Assembly: GCF_021869535.1 (NCBI RefSeq)
Contig: NW_026262679.1
Span: 31,310,001-31,374,000, forward strand
Origin: Mytilus californianus
Taxonomy: Eukaryota
Direction: 5' to 3'
DNA: 64,000 nucleotides
Shown piece after piece: positions 60,901-64,000 of this stretch. The notes beneath the pieces are model-generated. The model made no database searches, had not been told where the DNA came from, and was given only the letters and a program-made list of their open reading frames with translations. The translations under genes and the position numbers were made by a program. The first letter of the stretch is position 1, and every line of letters starts with the position of its first letter.

Positions 60901-61306
60901 ATGCGGCCACTTTCATTTTAGACAAAAACCATCTGAAAAGTGACATATTTTGGCATATTTGATAGATTTTTAATATTTAAGCTTGAATTTGAGCGTCTTT
61001 ATTGACTAAACCAGTTCAAATCTTTCACTCAATCTAACCGAATTTACTAAAGTAGACACTTACGTGTTTAAAAAATGTCTAAAATCTTTCATCAGATGAG
61101 CCTTAAGTTTTAGGCCAAAATCGGCCCTTACCGGACCTACTCCTTTCTAAATATGATATTTACATGTATGCACAATACTTAGGAATGCATTAAATCTTAT
61201 GCTCATTTTTTGTCTTAACAAGAAGTTGGACATGGAAAGAAGACTACCAGCAATACTAAGGATGACGACCTATCAGCTTCAAAGTCTTTAACTCATTTTT
61301 ATAACG
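56928..61306 (+). CDS. Tandem nAChR paralog (gene 2), exons 56928-56979 and 61223-61306; remainder beyond the window
   Basis: MYIGGVCVSIYIILCYT|EVGHGKKTTSNTKDDDLSASKSLTHFYN, both with GTAAGT donors; flanking promoter and intron blocks align to gene 1. Confidence 0.75.
57893..58905 (+). mobile_element. HINE-like element with hairpin, (CGT/GGC)n microsatellite and ~180-bp tandem cores
   Basis: GTCTCGCCTTGACGGAGTCAAAAAGCGAGAC; GTCGTCGTCGGCGGCGGC; repeated GATATTTGGTATGCAGTTGTAT; ends GGCGAGACAC. Confidence 0.75.
59006..60385. mobile_element. 1.4-kb non-autonomous TIR element with poly-C/G subterminal motifs and internal degenerate GTCCACCAGT array (59730-60135)
   Basis: CCGGTGTTATATAGCCATTTTCCCCC ... 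GGGGGAAATGGCTATAGGACACCGG. Confidence 0.7.
60568..61144. mobile_element. Second copy of the AGGAGTAGG MITE
   Basis: Colinear with 2955-3534. Confidence 0.85.
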
Positions 61307-61560
61307 GTAAGTGTAAATCTACAAATAGGGCTTGCTAAATCTCGGTATTACTATATTAGTTCAATTGAGGTACAACAAATTTAAAACAGTAGCCCAAGAC
61401 TTTTCAAGCATAACTAAAACACGTAGTTGTTTAATGTTTTCTGTACAAAACTTTTTTTTTTGTTTACAGTAAAATCAAAATTATATTGCTCAATTAAATT
61501 CCAACAGAGACTTATTGTACCAGAGTATGGTAACGAGGCGAAATCTCGTAATTTCATGAA

Positions 61561-61771
61561 CACCTCAGTGGTTTCGTGGTAGTGTGCTCGAGTGCGGGAG
61601 GTCGTGGGTTCGATTTCCGACCACTTTACCGCGTCTCCGTTAAGCGCGCAGAGTTTACGAGTAAGACCAAAGATTGATCGGCTTAGAGATAGCATAATGT
61701 GTCCAGATAGGGGGACATGTAGTCCTGCGTTATATAGTCATCCGGCCATCCATGCGTGGTATCATGCGGAC
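61561..61771 (+). mobile_element. tRNA-derived SINE (Meta-type core), absent from the gene 1 paralogous intron
   Basis: A-box-like TGGTTTCGTGGTAG, B box GGGTTCGATTTCC; CATGAA on both flanks. Confidence 0.7.
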
Positions 61772-63287
61772 CATGAATGTCATTGAAACCTTAACATTGA
61801 AAATACTTTAAACAATCTTTTAATCAAGTTGAAGTTAAATGTCTTTCACAAAAAAGAGGTAACATTAAATATCGGAACACTATTTCTCTTTCTGGACTTT
61901 AATTTTTAATATTTCAATGTCGATTCTCGAATTTCATTGTTCTTAGAAAATCATATCTAAAAGATTTATTTTTCAATCCCGTTTAATCATATTCGGATTT
62001 TTTTTCAAATGAGAAAAAACTTTAATCAAAGTGAATATGTCAGTACGAGAAAACGTTTGAAAAATAATGTAAGAGCTGTGCTATTTCAATAGATAATATG
62101 GTCATTAAATAGGGATTCCCATATCTGGTAATACATGTCTCTGAAATAATATCTGCCTGCTAGCAAAGTTTTAAAAAATAGAGAAAAGGCACCAAAGGGT
62201 AAATCAAGACACCACTGCCAAGTAAATTTTTTTTTTAAAGAATGTCCTTTACAGAGAAGCTTTGTTACAAGCTATTGGTATTATGTTCAATTTTTTTTTA
62301 ATTTTTTCACCACAAACCTAATCCTACCATTTCGTATACATTTCTTAGTTTTACACTGTAAAAACCACGCTTTGGTCATGAATTATAGGCATTAGTATTA
62401 GGTATGTGATACTGAATATTTTGTGCAAACAATAACAAATAAAACATTGATACCATGTACCCTAGCGTCAATGGTCCTTACATGACGGGCGTAAAGGGGG
62501 TGCATTCCTACCATCTTAAATTTCGTCACCGATTTAGTTGCAACCTTTCATAATTTTTAGGACGTTAAGCAATCAACAATCAAACAACCATTCAATCAAT
62601 AGTTATTCGGTATCGACAGTCTTAAAATGCCTCTGGGATGACATTTGTGTGATAAAGAACAGTCACAATTTTTAGTTAATTTTTTTTTTCATTGTATTGA
62701 TTGTTTTCTTGGTTTCCTCACTGATGGCTTGAACGTTGCTCCTGGTAAAATAGAGTGCTCGGTGGCCGATTTGTCTAAGTAGTCGAACTACTGTATCACT
62801 AGCCTGTCAACACTGAAGTTGCGGGTCCGTATTTTTCAGTATACGGATATGGATATTAAACTGCACATTGTCGTTGGTTTATGTCTGTCATATTTGTTTT
62901 TCGTATATTGTTTTTGTTATAAATTAGGCCGTTAGTTTTCTTAATTGAGTTCTTTCATATTTATCATGTCGGGGCCTTTTATAGCCGACTATACGATATG
63001 GGTTTTCTCATTGTTGAAGGTCATACGGTTGCCTACAATAGATTACATCCTGTTCATTTGAACTTTGGTGGATAGTTGTCTCATTGGCAATCATAACTCA
63101 TCTCTCTATTTTATATTGTGTTACCTGTAAAATTAATGCGCGCAAATGTAACAAACTTTTTTTTTTTAATCTTAAATACACAATGAAAAAGATTAAGCAC
63201 ATCTTGGCATATTGGATTATAGCATGTCACCACGACTTAAATATTGATTTTAACAAGGCCATTATTCCATTAAAACATGTGAGCATA

Positions 63288-64000
63288 CAGGTGTGACCGG
63301 TAATAAAGATATTGAAGTATCATGCACGTGAACTATGCCTTCCATGCAATACCCAAAATTCAGTATATGTCCACTCTTCAGATATGTTTTTTTCTTAAAG
63401 TCTCGCGTTTTGAAAATTTTATTCATTCTCTGTGAACATGATACGAAGATGTCAGGGATGTCAGGGATGTCCTTTAAAGTATTGGACGTCAGATGGGTTA
63501 TCAGTTTACTGTAGTCAGCTTGCATGTGAGAAAACTCACACAAACCAACTCCGTGAAAGACTTGCCAAGATCCGGTAAACCATCTGTAACATCGCAGCGT
63601 GAAGACGGAGCACTGCATCTCCTAGTCAGACGAATGCCATTTGAAACTAGTCCTGATCTAAAAAGACAATGGTTACCTAATAGACGTCTACAAACCAAAA
63701 CAGTGAGGAACCGGTTAAAATCAGCAGAACTGAAGTCACGGAGAGTAATTAGGCGTCCCATGTTATCTAATCGACATCAACGATTACGTTTGGCTTGGTG
63801 TTTAGCGCGACGTGTTTGGAACTTGTGGACCTGGTGCAGGATCCATTGGTCGGACGAGAGCTGATTTCTGCTGCATGTAACAGATTGACAAATGAGAGTT
63901 CAGAAACAGAAAAATACGGCAAATATCCAAAGGAACATCCATCCAACTGTTCGTTACGGTGGAGGCTCTATAATGATATGGGGTGCGTCTCTCATGATTG
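63288..64000 (+). mobile_element. Tc1/mariner transposon with disrupted transposase; runs off the right edge
   Basis: TA|CAGGTGTG start; RSGKP..TS.RED, TVRNRL, WSDES, YGGGSIMIWG motifs; in-frame stops after WSDES. Confidence 0.88.

Overview
AT-rich, repeat-dense animal genomic DNA, most likely a bivalve mollusc. Mytilus is an inference from recalled repeat families and the divergent nAChR type. Four spliced protein-coding loci can be reconstructed. (1) The 5' part of HERC1 on the minus strand: 17 coding exons, about 1,100 codons including the first RCC1-like domain, continuing off the left edge. (2) A two-exon glutaredoxin-like C5orf63 homolog on the plus strand, divergent from HERC1. (3) A complete 8-exon divergent non-alpha nicotinic acetylcholine receptor (Cys-loop) subunit of about 438 aa. 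(4) The first two exons of a tandem paralog of that receptor. The rest is mostly mobile DNA: a split non-LTR RT, Penelope-like RT fragments and hammerhead-ribozyme remnants, several SINEs with TSDs, Helentron/HINE-like elements with internal tandem arrays, MITEs, a 2.9-kb CAC..GTG element with a 5-bp TSD (Transib-like), and a decayed Tc1. The most notable observations are the unusual features of the receptor pair (extra N-terminal exon, extra Cys pair, no vicinal Cys, Glu at M2 4'), the ribozyme remnants, the Transib-like element and a dispersed 120-bp satellite. All calls were made by eye, with no database searches.
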